A stretch of 54,520 nt of DNA from Acidobacteriota bacterium (GCA_023415725.1 JAEZJR010000271.1:1-54520); one strand, 5' to 3'; numbered from the stretch's first letter, positions 36,339 to 46,045 are shown. Numbers and translations: made by a program. The notes: generated by a model not told the origin, from the letters alone.

Positions 36339-38270
36339 ATGTGCGGCATAAACGGCATTTTATATTCGGATAGGTCGCGTGTGGTCGACCGAGCGGAATT
36401 GATCAGGATGCGCGATACCTTAAACCATCGCGGTCCTGACGAAGCTGGCATTTATATTAACGGAAACATAGGCTTGGGGCATCGTCGGTTGTCTATTGTC
36501 GATCTAAGGAACGGCCAGCAGCCGATGTACAGCGACGATGGGTCGCGGGTTATCGTCTACAACGGTGAGATCTACGATCACCTTCTGTCCCGATCGGACT
36601 TGGTCGAGCGGGGGCGCAACTTCAAGACCACCTGCGATACAGAGACCATACTGAGGCTTTACGAAGAATACGGACCAGATTGCGTGCATAAACTTCGCGG
36701 GATGTTCGCGTTCGCTGTCTGGAATGCAAACAAAAACGAACTCTTCATCGCTCGCGACCGGTTAGGTGTTAAGCCGCTTTATTACCTGCACGACGCAAAC
36801 GGGAATCTTTTCTTCTCTTCAGAGATAAAGGCTATTCTGGCGACAACGGCCGTCAAGCCGGAATTGAACTACGCCGCTCTCAGTGATTACCTCGCTAATC
36901 ATGGAACCTGTGACGACAGCACTCTATTCCTTAGCATAAAACGGCTTCCGCCCGGGCACGCTCTCCGATGGAAAGCGGGCCGTCTGGAGATCGAGCGCTA
37001 TTGGGACCTCCAGTTTGAACCCAAGGTGAACGGCCACGCCCGTTCATCAAATGATTGGGTTAGCGAGTGGTATGAATTGTTTCGGGAATCCGTTGAAATG
37101 CGGCTAATGGCCGATGTTCCCCTTGGAATGTTTCTGTCCGGCGGCATCGATTCCAGCGCGATCGCAGCGGTGATGTCGCAGTTGGTAAAGGAGCCGATCA
37201 AGACATTTTCCGTTGCTTTCACGGAAAGGGAGGCGAACGAACTCGCGTACGCCAGGATGGTCGCACACCGATTCAAAACCGACCATCACGAGATCACAGT
37301 TACACCTGAGGAGTTCTTTAGAGCCTTGCCGGAACTCGTTTGGCACGAGGACGAACCACTTGCCCATCCGTCGAGCGTTGCGTTGAACTTCGTATCCAGG
37401 CTCGCCGCCGAACACGTGAAAGTGGTGCTGACCGGCGAGGGAAGTGACGAGAGCCTCGCGGGTTATGGAAGGTACGCGAAGACCCTCTTAAATCTAAGGC
37501 TAGGTACGGCCTACCAGAAGATCGCCCCGGCCTTCGCTCGGGGCGCAGTCGCCGGTGGAATTAGAAATCTTTCATCTAGTTCACGATTTGCTCAGAGATT
37601 GAATCGAAGTTTTCTGTCGGTTGAGCCCGATATCGAGAGCATCTACTTCGACAATTTCGCCGTCTTCCCAAGGTCAATGCAGGAGTCGATGTTCACATCG
37701 GCTGCAGCGGGGCGGATCGTCAACTCTGCTGATCCGTATCTCACAATGAGAGCGTACTTTGAATCGGGTAACGCAGAAACTCTGCTCGACAGGATGTTGT
37801 ACGCGGACACCAAGACTTACCTTCATGAGCTGTTGATGAAACAGGACCAGATGTCCATGGCAGCATCGATCGAAAGTCGCGTTCCTTTCCTGGATCATAA
37901 ACTGGTCGAGTTTTCTGCGCGAATGCCAATAGAAATGAAGCTTCGTGGTCGTATTACCAAATTCGTCCTACGCAAGGCGATGGAGGGCGTTCTTCCTGAT
38001 CCGATCTTGAGCCGTAGCAAGATGGGGTTTCCCGTTCCGATCGGGAAGTGGTTCCGAGGAGAATACAGGCATTTGATCAATGAACTAGTTCTCTCCGAAC
38101 GAGCACTCGATCGCGGTATCTTTGAACCGGACTTTCTACATCGCCTGGTCGGTGAACACATGACCGGTATAAATCACGATGAGAGACTATGGTCGCTGCT
38201 CAATCTCGAACTCTGGCAGCGCAAATTCATCGACGGGGAAGACGTTCAGCTTGGTCCGTTAAATAACTGA
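36339..38270 (+). CDS. Asparagine synthase-family glutamine amidotransferase (AsnB-like, EPS-locus type)
   Basis: N-terminal nucleophile MCGI. Ntn glutaminase domain. PP-loop SGGIDSS in the synthetase domain. 643 aa. Confidence 0.93.
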   Translation: MCGINGILYSDRSRVVDRAELIRMRDTLNHRGPDEAGIYINGNIGLGHRRLSIVDLRNGQQPMYSDDGSRVIVYNGEIYDHLLSRSDLVERGRNFKTTCDTETILRLYEEYGPDCVHKLRGMFAFAVWNANKNELFIARDRLGVKPLYYLHDANGNLFFSSEIKAILATTAVKPELNYAALSDYLANHGTCDDSTLFLSIKRLPPGHALRWKAGRLEIERYWDLQFEPKVNGHARSSNDWVSEWYELFRESVEMRLMADVPLGMFLSGGIDSSAIAAVMSQLVKEPIKTFSVAFTEREANELAYARMVAHRFKTDHHEITVTPEEFFRALPELVWHEDEPLAHPSSVALNFVSRLAAEHVKVVLTGEGSDESLAGYGRYAKTLLNLRLGTAYQKIAPAFARGAVAGGIRNLSSSSRFAQRLNRSFLSVEPDIESIYFDNFAVFPRSMQESMFTSAAAGRIVNSADPYLTMRAYFESGNAETLLDRMLYADTKTYLHELLMKQDQMSMAASIESRVPFLDHKLVEFSARMPIEMKLRGRITKFVLRKAMEGVLPDPILSRSKMGFPVPIGKWFRGEYRHLINELVLSERALDRGIFEPDFLHRLVGEHMTGINHDERLWSLLNLELWQRKFIDGEDVQLGPLNN

Positions 38271-39529
38271 TGAGAATCCTGTGGCTCAAAACCGAACTAT
38301 TGCATCCCGTGGACAAGGGCGGAAAGATCCGAACTTATCAGATGCTCAAGGAACTTAAGAGGGACCATCAGATCACGTATCTAACGCTGGACGATGGTTC
38401 CGCAGATTCCGACGCGATCGAAATGGCGTCCGAATATTGCGACCAAGTCGTTACGATCCCACACAGGGTGGCCGAGAAATTCTCGAGCAAATTCTACTTA
38501 GAGCTTGCTTCAAATGCGGCTTCCCGGCTCCCGTATGCTCTTCAGAAATACGTATCACCCGAGATGCGAAGATCGATCGAAGAATCGGTCGCTCGCGACG
38601 AGTATGATGTGCTCGTCTGCGATTTTCTCGCCCCAGCCGTAAACGTGCCTGAGGATCTTTCAATCCCGACCGTCCTTTTCCAGCACAATGTCGAGGCTAT
38701 GATCTGGCGACGACACTATGAAGTGAGCAGTAATCCTCTCAAACGCGCGTTCCTGAGGTCGCAATGGAAGCGAATGGCCGATTACGAACGAGAGGCTTGC
38801 ATGCGATTCGATCGGGTCGTTGCGGTGTCGAGGGAAGATGCCGAGACAATGGCTCGGGAGTATCGCATCGATAATGTAGCCGATGTTCCCACCGGTGTTG
38901 ATACAGCATACTTCACCCCTGACGGTTACCCTGAGAAAACCGGAAAGAAGGTAGTTTTCACCGGTTCGATGGACTGGCTGCCCAATGAGGATGCGATCAA
39001 CTGGTTTACTAAAGAGGTTTGGCCGATCGTTCGAGAGCAGGTAGAAGGCGCATCCCTGGTGGTGGTGGGACGTAATCCGTTCCCAACACTGCTGGAGCTA
39101 GCGGAACGAGACAAAAGCCTCACCGTTACCGGCCGCGTGCCCGACGTGAGGCCGTATATGGCGGACGCTCGGGTCTTTATCGTACCGATCAGGATCGGTG
39201 GCGGGACGCGGCTGAAGATCTATGAAGCGATGGCGATGAGGCTACCCGTGGTTTCGACCGTGATCGGCGCAGAGGGCCTCCCGCTTCGCGAAGGCGAGGA
39301 GATAATATTACGGGACGCTCCTGGCGAATTCGCAGATTCGGTCATACAGTTGCTCCGAAACCCGGAGCTTGCCGCTTCGATCGGAAATTGTGCGGCAGAA
39401 ACCGTGCGTGAGCGCTTCGGTTGGGAGTCGGCCACTGCCGAGTTCGTTAGACAATGCCATATGGCTATCGAAGGGGTGCGGGATGGCGTAATGACAAGAC
39501 CTGAGTCCGCACTCGCTGTCGGTGCATAA
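38270..39529 (+). CDS. Family 4 glycosyltransferase (GT-B)
   Basis: The ATG overlaps the asnB-like TGA. C-terminal GGGTRLKIYEAMAMRLPVVSTVIGAEG. Confidence 0.88.
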   Translation: MRILWLKTELLHPVDKGGKIRTYQMLKELKRDHQITYLTLDDGSADSDAIEMASEYCDQVVTIPHRVAEKFSSKFYLELASNAASRLPYALQKYVSPEMRRSIEESVARDEYDVLVCDFLAPAVNVPEDLSIPTVLFQHNVEAMIWRRHYEVSSNPLKRAFLRSQWKRMADYEREACMRFDRVVAVSREDAETMAREYRIDNVADVPTGVDTAYFTPDGYPEKTGKKVVFTGSMDWLPNEDAINWFTKEVWPIVREQVEGASLVVVGRNPFPTLLELAERDKSLTVTGRVPDVRPYMADARVFIVPIRIGGGTRLKIYEAMAMRLPVVSTVIGAEGLPLREGEEIILRDAPGEFADSVIQLLRNPELAASIGNCAAETVRERFGWESATAEFVRQCHMAIEGVRDGVMTRPESALAVGA

Positions 39530-39600
39530 GGCTTTACAAGCTCTGGTTTCAGTATTCCATCAAATAATTTAGTCTTTACGGTTATTTAGAGAGTCGAATT

Positions 39601-40914
39601 GTGAAAATAAGCATATTTGGACTTGGCTATGTTGGAGCGGTTTCGGCCGCTTGTTTTGCGAACGAGGGGCATGAGGTAGTCGGTGTTGACGTCAACGCTA
39701 CGAAGGTGGACATCATCAACTCGGGGCGATCACCCATCATCGAAGAGGGAATCAACGAGATGATCGAAAGCGTCGTGCGCGAGGGGCGATTGAGAGCGAC
39801 CGTCGACGTGAACGATGCTATCGAGAATACCGACGTTTCACTCGTCTGCGTAGGTACGCCGTCGAACGATAACGGTTCATTAAAGCTGGATTACATCAAA
39901 CGTTCCAGCCAACAGATCGGGGAAGCTCTGGTCAATAAGGAGTCCAGGCATACGGTCGTGATGCGAAGCACAATGCTTCCGGGCACTATCCACGGTACGG
40001 TGAAACCGGCACTCGAATCCGCATCAGGTAAAAGGGACGGCGAAGGCTTCGACGTTTGCATCAATCCCGAATTCCTTCGTGAAGGTTCGTCGATCAAGGA
40101 CTTTTACGCACCGCCGTTCACCCTGATCGGCACCGGTTCAAAACACGCTGAGAACACGCTGCGTGAACTTTACAGTTCGATAAACGCCCCGGTGTTCGTC
40201 ACAGACGTTAAGGCGGCGGAGATGGTCAAATACGCCTGCAATTGCTTCCATGGCCTTAAGGTCTCGTTCGCGAACGAGATCGGAAACATCTGCAAGGAGA
40301 TGGGCATAGACAGCCATCAGGTAATGGAGGTGTTCTGCGAGGATAAGAAGCTCAACCTGTCGCCTTACTATTTAAAGCCCGGCTTCGCGTTCGGTGGGTC
40401 CTGCTTGCCCAAGGATCTGCGCGCCCTTCAGTACAAAGCAAAGGAACTGGACCTAAAGGTGCCGGTCCTCGACGCAGTCTCCGAAAGCAATCTAATTCAA
40501 ATCGAACGCGCGATCCAAATGATCGTGCGTACCGGAAAGAAGAAGGTCGGTGTCCTTGGGTTTGCGTTCAAGGCAGGGACCGACGATCTGCGTGAGTCAC
40601 CGATCGTGGCCGTTATTGAACGGCTCATCGGAAAAGGCTACGGTGTGAAATTATACGACCGCGAAGTTTCCCTCGCCAAACTCGTCGGGGCGAACAAGGA
40701 ATTCATCGAACGCGAGATCCCGCACATTGCGGCTCTGATGGCACCAGACGTCGACACGGTCCTGGCCGATTCGGAGGTCGTCGTTATAGGTAACCCGGCG
40801 CCCGAATTCGAATGCATAAACGACCGCGTTAAAGACGGGAAAAAGGTGATCGATCTGGTTCGGATCTTTGGTGACCGACGTTCAGATGACCACTACGACG
40901 GTATCTGCTGGTGA
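39601..40914 (+). CDS. algD: GDP-mannose 6-dehydrogenase (AlgD-type nucleotide-sugar dehydrogenase)
   Basis: GTG start. It resembles Pseudomonas AlgD, as I remember it, along the whole length. Examples are MKISIFGLGYVGAVSAACFANEGHEVVGVDV, GFAFGGSCLPKD, FKAGTDDLRESP and the shared C-terminal GICW. It differs from Ugd-type N-termini. Confidence 0.88.
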   Translation: MKISIFGLGYVGAVSAACFANEGHEVVGVDVNATKVDIINSGRSPIIEEGINEMIESVVREGRLRATVDVNDAIENTDVSLVCVGTPSNDNGSLKLDYIKRSSQQIGEALVNKESRHTVVMRSTMLPGTIHGTVKPALESASGKRDGEGFDVCINPEFLREGSSIKDFYAPPFTLIGTGSKHAENTLRELYSSINAPVFVTDVKAAEMVKYACNCFHGLKVSFANEIGNICKEMGIDSHQVMEVFCEDKKLNLSPYYLKPGFAFGGSCLPKDLRALQYKAKELDLKVPVLDAVSESNLIQIERAIQMIVRTGKKKVGVLGFAFKAGTDDLRESPIVAVIERLIGKGYGVKLYDREVSLAKLVGANKEFIEREIPHIAALMAPDVDTVLADSEVVVIGNPAPEFECINDRVKDGKKVIDLVRIFGDRRSDDHYDGICW

Positions 40915-41966
40915 TCAAGTTTTCGGATATGTTGAAGACCGCAAAACAGAATCTGCTGACCGTGGCCAAGCGCAGCGGTGCCTTCAATTTATTGATGCGG
41001 AGCGGTTTCCGCAATGATCGTTTGCTCGTGCTTGCTTATCACGGCGTCTCTATCGATGATGAGCACGAGTGGAATCCCTCACTCTTCGTTTCCGAAGCCT
41101 TTTTACGGCGGAGGTTCGAACTACTTCGGGAAAACGGGTGCACCGTCCTGCCGCTGGGTGAGGCCCTTGACCGCCTTTACTCGAACTCGTTGCCGAAGAG
41201 AGCGGTTGCGATAACTTTCGATGACGGCGGCTACAATTTTTATGAAAAGGCTTTCCCGTTGATCGAGGAGTTTAAACTCCCGGTTACCGTCTACCTCACG
41301 ACCTTCTATTCTTTGTACAACAAGCCGGTATTCCCAGTCGCCGCGAACTACTTGCTTTGGAAAGGGCGTTCGCGATCGATCGACTTTCACTCGCTCATCG
41401 GCATGAATATAAGCTTTTCACTAAAAGATGAGGATCAGAGAATCAAGGCTCATAAAAACATCGTGCAATACGCAGATGTCAATCTCTTGTCCGCTGAGGC
41501 GAAGAACGACCTGCTCGCTGGGATAGCGGAACAACTCTCGATCGATTTCACAGAGTTCGTTCGGGATCGTACGATGTCGCTGATGAATCAGAAAGAGGTA
41601 GCAGAAATATCTGCTTCGAGCATAGACGTTCAATTACACACCCATCGGCATCGCGTACCGTACGAGCGGGATCTCTTTCTGCGTGAGATCAGTGAGAACT
41701 CCGCGATCATCGAAGCGGTCACCGGCAAGCGACCGAACCACCTGTGTTACCCAAGCGGGGAGTATTCCCGAAAGCTGTTTCCATGGCTCAAAGAGGCAGG
41801 AATTACCTCAGCGACGACATGCGAGACTGCCCTTACAACTTCTACCACCGACCCGTTCCTCATTCCAAGGCTCGTCGATACGATGCATCTGTCCGAGGTT
41901 GAATTCGAAGGGTGGTTAGCCGGCGTTTCTAACTTCCTTCCCCAAAGAAGTCGATGGGCTAATTAA
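40911..41966 (+). CDS. Polysaccharide deacetylase (CE4/NodB homology), no signal peptide
   Basis: NodB motifs TFDDGG, LHTHRH and LCYPSGEY. The GTG start overlaps the algD-like stop; an alternative ATG lies 6 codons in. Confidence 0.85.
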   Translation: MIKFSDMLKTAKQNLLTVAKRSGAFNLLMRSGFRNDRLLVLAYHGVSIDDEHEWNPSLFVSEAFLRRRFELLRENGCTVLPLGEALDRLYSNSLPKRAVAITFDDGGYNFYEKAFPLIEEFKLPVTVYLTTFYSLYNKPVFPVAANYLLWKGRSRSIDFHSLIGMNISFSLKDEDQRIKAHKNIVQYADVNLLSAEAKNDLLAGIAEQLSIDFTEFVRDRTMSLMNQKEVAEISASSIDVQLHTHRHRVPYERDLFLREISENSAIIEAVTGKRPNHLCYPSGEYSRKLFPWLKEAGITSATTCETALTTSTTDPFLIPRLVDTMHLSEVEFEGWLAGVSNFLPQRSRWAN

Positions 41967-41992
41967 AGAAGGAGGCCTATTGGCCTCCTTCT
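41967..41992. terminator. Bidirectional terminator closing the EPS locus
   Basis: AGAAGGAGGCC / GGCCTCCTTCT with an 11-bp stem and a 4-nt loop. It starts immediately after the deacetylase stop and lies between convergent genes. Confidence 0.65.
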
Positions 41993-42031
41993 GCCCGATC
42001 GGTGTTAGGTTCTATCGGTTGAATTGGTTTC

Positions 42032-43921
42032 TTATTGCCCGTAGTTGATACCTTTGTATCGAGCACTACTGATCTTGGTACCCGCCACCTCCCTCGATTT
42101 GAAGACCAGATAAAAGAACCCGATCGCGGGGGCAGACGAACGGTAGATCTCTTTACCGTTTCGCTTGTAGCTAACTACCCCTTTTCGGTTTATCTCTATC
42201 CGGAGCAGGTCACCTTCGACCAAATTCAGTGAGAGTTTCTTTACCCCCATTTCCTTGATAATCCCTCCGTCGAAACAGAACGGCAGGTCAGACGGCCCGG
42301 TTCCTGGAGTTTCGTCGAAGCCGTTTCCGAGCCCGGCCCAAATCCGACCCGACGTGGGCGAGTAGGTCCATTCAAAATAAGAATTAGTGGAAATGATCTG
42401 CGTAGATCTTGCCAAGCCGTTGTAAACCTCGCCGGTGTGAGAAACCGTGCCGACGGAACCCTGAGTGCCCTGCACGTTTAGCCACTTCACCGCTGGGCCC
42501 GAATCAGAAACCGGAGCAGGGGTTGGAGTGACGGTGGGTGATGGGGAAGGCGACGGCGACGCCGACGGGATTGGTGCGGGTGTCGGCGTGGGTGCGGGCG
42601 TGGGCGTCGGCGTCACAGTTGGCGACGGGCTTGGTGAGGGTGATGGGGTCGGAGCCGGAGCGGTTCCGTCTGCCGGGACCTTTGCGATAAATAGGTCGCG
42701 TCGACTCCTTCCGCCCCAGTTAGATGTAAAGGCAGCAAATCGCCCGTCACGCGAAAGGTTCGCTCTGGGAGTATCGTTGTAGTCGATCAGGCGGGAGTAG
42801 TGGTGCGCGAAGCGGCGAACGCGCTGGCTGCCGTCCGTCGCGACCATCAATAACTCTCGCTCGAACACGGGTCCCGAGCCGTAGACGCTCATCAAACCCC
42901 AACTTTCATTGTCTGCGAGCAGGGAAAAGTGGTAGTCGATAGCCCAGTCGTTTCCGAAAGACAACGCAGTGGTGATCGCGAGGGGGCTTGCGAGATTTCT
43001 GAAGGTCAGCCGGTTCGTCCAGTTATCATGAGCAATGACGGTGCCTCTGCCATAATCCCCGTGACCGGGAGCATAACCCGGAGCGTCGTCGGTCAAGTTC
43101 GTGACGCTCATTGTGTTCAAATCGACGACCTTCGCCTGGATCTTCCCGGCACCCTGGAGCCCGGTTTTCACGCCTAGATACCTTCCCGACTTGTCGATCT
43201 GCGTTTCGTCAAGCTCCGTTGTTTCTATGTAGTAGAGCACGCTTCTAGCGGAACTCCTCCAAACGGCATAGCCCCGCTCGCTGTAATCAGGATTCCTGAC
43301 TGTGAACGCGAATGTATCGTCATCCCGGCTTACGCTCATCTGAAAAATGTAGCAGCCTGCCGGGAAATAAGACGTCATGTCGCCGACTACGGAGTAACTC
43401 TTTGTCCGGACGTTATACGCCCAGATGATGGCACCACGATGAATGAAGAGAGTATCCGGATCCGAGGAACTCCATGTTGCGTCCTCATCGGTAGTGACCC
43501 CGTCTCCCGGCGGATAAGCGAGTCTTTCCTTAGAACCGATCTGGAAGGTGTTCGGGTCGAATGTGTAAAGCAGGCCCGCGCCGTTCTCGTCCTGGACGAG
43601 CAGGCGCGTGCTGTTCGAGTTGAATGTCGGCCAATATGCGTAGGCGGTACCGAAACTCGAACCGTCACGCTCATCGGTGACGCGGAGTATCTCAGTGCCG
43701 AAAACGGGATCTATGATCTTTCCCCCCGCGCTCGGTAGCGCTGGGGCGGTGCCTTCTGGATAGGCTCCTCGATCGGTTTTAACTGCGACCTGGGCTGTGA
43801 TGGTCGAAGCGGTAAGTGCGACTGTAAGTACAAATAGAGATAGTTTGGTGGGAGTTGATCGAAGTCCAACGGGGAATCGACCGAGTGCGACCAAACTCTC
43901 TGACACGAAGAGTTTAAACAT
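42032..43921 (-). CDS. Secreted beta-propeller protein with Pro/Thr/Ser linker and C-terminal beta-sandwich-like domain
   Basis: N-terminal signal segment. ~400 aa ending in TolB/PD40-like repeats ([15 protein letters not shown]...DLFIAKVP). A ~50-aa PTPSPSPS linker follows, then ~190 aa of C-terminal domain with no motif I can name. Confidence 0.75.
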   Translation of the reverse strand: MFKLFVSESLVALGRFPVGLRSTPTKLSLFVLTVALTASTITAQVAVKTDRGAYPEGTAPALPSAGGKIIDPVFGTEILRVTDERDGSSFGTAYAYWPTFNSNSTRLLVQDENGAGLLYTFDPNTFQIGSKERLAYPPGDGVTTDEDATWSSSDPDTLFIHRGAIIWAYNVRTKSYSVVGDMTSYFPAGCYIFQMSVSRDDDTFAFTVRNPDYSERGYAVWRSSARSVLYYIETTELDETQIDKSGRYLGVKTGLQGAGKIQAKVVDLNTMSVTNLTDDAPGYAPGHGDYGRGTVIAHDNWTNRLTFRNLASPLAITTALSFGNDWAIDYHFSLLADNESWGLMSVYGSGPVFERELLMVATDGSQRVRRFAHHYSRLIDYNDTPRANLSRDGRFAAFTSNWGGRSRRDLFIAKVPADGTAPAPTPSPSPSPSPTVTPTPTPAPTPTPAPIPSASPSPSPSPTVTPTPAPVSDSGPAVKWLNVQGTQGSVGTVSHTGEVYNGLARSTQIISTNSYFEWTYSPTSGRIWAGLGNGFDETPGTGPSDLPFCFDGGIIKEMGVKKLSLNLVEGDLLRIEINRKGVVSYKRNGKEIYRSSAPAIGFFYLVFKSREVAGTKISSARYKGINYGQ

Positions 43922-44455
43922 TGATTCTTTTCCCTTTAACTTGCTAGAGATTTATTTGAGGACGGACCCGGAGGAGTGTGAGAGCCGGTCAAACATCCGT
44001 TCTGTGTCAGGAGCGCCGTTGCGTTTCGCAGCGGAACTGATCAATGGGGAATCAGATCTAGGATCTTATCCGTTGAAGGGAGCCGACCTTGTCGAAGACA
44101 GGGTCGGTCAATCTGGATACTACCACCGCGCCAACGGGACGTAAACAGTGTTTAATCACATTGACCGATGTATAACAGGGCTAGAAACAAATTGGCTAAA
44201 GTCACGTCTCGGAATGTGGCTGCCGCTTCGTTGTCGAAGCCGATGGATCTTGGATTTGACTAATGGTGAAGCTTTTTACCTTGATGGGCTTTCAAGGGTG
44301 AGAATTTGCGCCGTGGATACGATGCTCAGCTTCAAATTTAGATTATAACCTGAAAAATGCGTTGTCAATTTATCGAGCCGATTAGAATCGTGACTCGTCT
44401 GTCATCTAGGTAACACTTAGTATGAATATTCCTCGTTACGATCGATTCTATCCCT

Positions 44456-46012
44456 ATGACAAGTAGTAATTTTGAGGGCCCGAAAACTGGTTCCTTCGCA
44501 AATCGCCGTGCGATCTTCGCAACGCTTCCAACTTTGGTCTTTGCTATGCTGACCCTAATTTGTGCGGCGTGCGGTGCGGCAGGGAATAGCGCTGCAGCCC
44601 CTGCCTACACCGCACCGGGGACAATACTCGTAAAAGCCAACCAGGACGTTCAAGCAGCATTGGATCGGGCGGTTCCCGGAGACACGGTGATGCTCGAAGC
44701 CGGAGCCATCTTCAAGGGATCCTTCGTCCTTCCGAAAAAGGCAGGGGATGCCTACATAACTATAAGAACTTCCGCTCCCGATGATCGCCTGCCCCCTACA
44801 GGGACACGTATCGATCCGTCAAAATATTCAACGCTGCTCCCAAAACTCTCCTCCGACTCGACTTCTCCTGTGATCATGACGACCCCAGGAGCGCACCACT
44901 ATAGGATTATCGGGATCGAGTTCGGAGGAACTAAGGATGGCGTCGGGAACATCATCCAGATTGGCACAGGATCGGAACGAAATGCTGATGATATTCCCCA
45001 CCATATCGAGTTCGACCGGATCTATGTTCACGCGACTTCACCGCTTGGGCAAAGGCGTGCCATTGCGGCGAATGGCCGACATATAAAAATAGCTAACAGT
45101 CACATTTCCGGGATCGTGCGCGAGGGCGATGAAAGCCAGGCCATCGCGGCGTGGGCGACGGATGGCCCGATCGAGATCGTAAACAATTACCTTGAAGCTG
45201 CTGCGGAAAATATCCTTTTCGGCGGCGCCGGTTCGACCCTCAAGCTTGTCCCGTCGGATATAGTCGTTGAACGCAACCACCTCAACAAACCCGAGGAGTG
45301 GCGCGGCACGAATTGGGTCGTGAAAAACCTGTTCGAAATAAAGAACGGCCGCCGAATCAAGGTCAGTAACAACCTGATGACAAACAACTGGGCGATGGGG
45401 CAGGACGGTACGGCAATACTCTTTTCAACACGGGCGGATAACGGACCGGCTACGATTATCGAAGACATCGAGTTCACGGATAACATAATCCGTAACAGCG
45501 ACAATGGAGTAAGTGTTTTCGCGGAAGAGGGCAGCGGCGGGCATCGACTGACAATTAGGAATAATATCTTCGATCGGATCGGGAGGAAGGAGGTCGAAGG
45601 AAGCGGCAGGTTCATGAAGTCCTCATCCTGGAAAGGGCTTGTGATCGAGAACAACACGATCATCAATTCCGGGAATATAACCAGCGCCTACAACAATCCT
45701 TCCACCGGGTTCGTTTTTCGCAATAACATAGTTTTCGAAAACGAGTATGGCTTCAAAGGAGACAACACCCCGCCCGGTAACACCACCATCGATCGCTATT
45801 TTCCCGACGCTGTTGTAACCGGAAATGTCATTATCGGCGGCAGGCCCGAAAGGTACCGGGGACAGAATTTCTTCCCTACCTCTATGCAAGAGATCGGCTT
45901 TACGGCACCTGCCGAAGGTGATCTGACGCTTCGGCCTGAAAGCCAATTTTCACCGAGAGCTCGCGGAGGGCAGCAGTTCGGTGCGTCACTCCCTGTCGCG
46001 GATTTTCGATAG
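44456..46012 (+). CDS. Secreted right-handed parallel beta-helix repeat protein (pectate-lyase fold)
   Basis: N-terminal hydrophobic signal with Cys-containing end (LICAACGAAG). Periodic beta-helix turns: VNNYLEAAAENILFGG, TDNIIRNSDNGVSVF, RNNIFDRIG, ENNTIINSGN, RNNIVFEN and TGNVIIGG. Confidence 0.8.
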   Translation: MTSSNFEGPKTGSFANRRAIFATLPTLVFAMLTLICAACGAAGNSAAAPAYTAPGTILVKANQDVQAALDRAVPGDTVMLEAGAIFKGSFVLPKKAGDAYITIRTSAPDDRLPPTGTRIDPSKYSTLLPKLSSDSTSPVIMTTPGAHHYRIIGIEFGGTKDGVGNIIQIGTGSERNADDIPHHIEFDRIYVHATSPLGQRRAIAANGRHIKIANSHISGIVREGDESQAIAAWATDGPIEIVNNYLEAAAENILFGGAGSTLKLVPSDIVVERNHLNKPEEWRGTNWVVKNLFEIKNGRRIKVSNNLMTNNWAMGQDGTAILFSTRADNGPATIIEDIEFTDNIIRNSDNGVSVFAEEGSGGHRLTIRNNIFDRIGRKEVEGSGRFMKSSSWKGLVIENNTIINSGNITSAYNNPSTGFVFRNNIVFENEYGFKGDNTPPGNTTIDRYFPDAVVTGNVIIGGRPERYRGQNFFPTSMQEIGFTAPAEGDLTLRPESQFSPRARGGQQFGASLPVADFR

Positions 46013-46045
46013 TAAACCTGACTGGCTTAAAGAATAGCGCCAACG

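Noticed and set aside
42520-42665. Repetitive GGYG/GAYG-rich DNA that looks like a tandem repeat array. A similar stretch lies at ~49560-49860.
   Set aside because: Both are the coding sequence (or its complement) of Pro/Thr/Ser-rich protein linkers in the propeller protein and the kinase. The repeat units are imperfect and in frame. There is no spacer/repeat periodicity of a CRISPR array.
43797-44348. Two ORFs (115 and 66 codons) in the 534-nt divergent spacer between the propeller and beta-helix genes.
   Set aside because: No start context and no motifs, and the composition is typical of non-coding sequence. The region more likely holds two divergent promoters.
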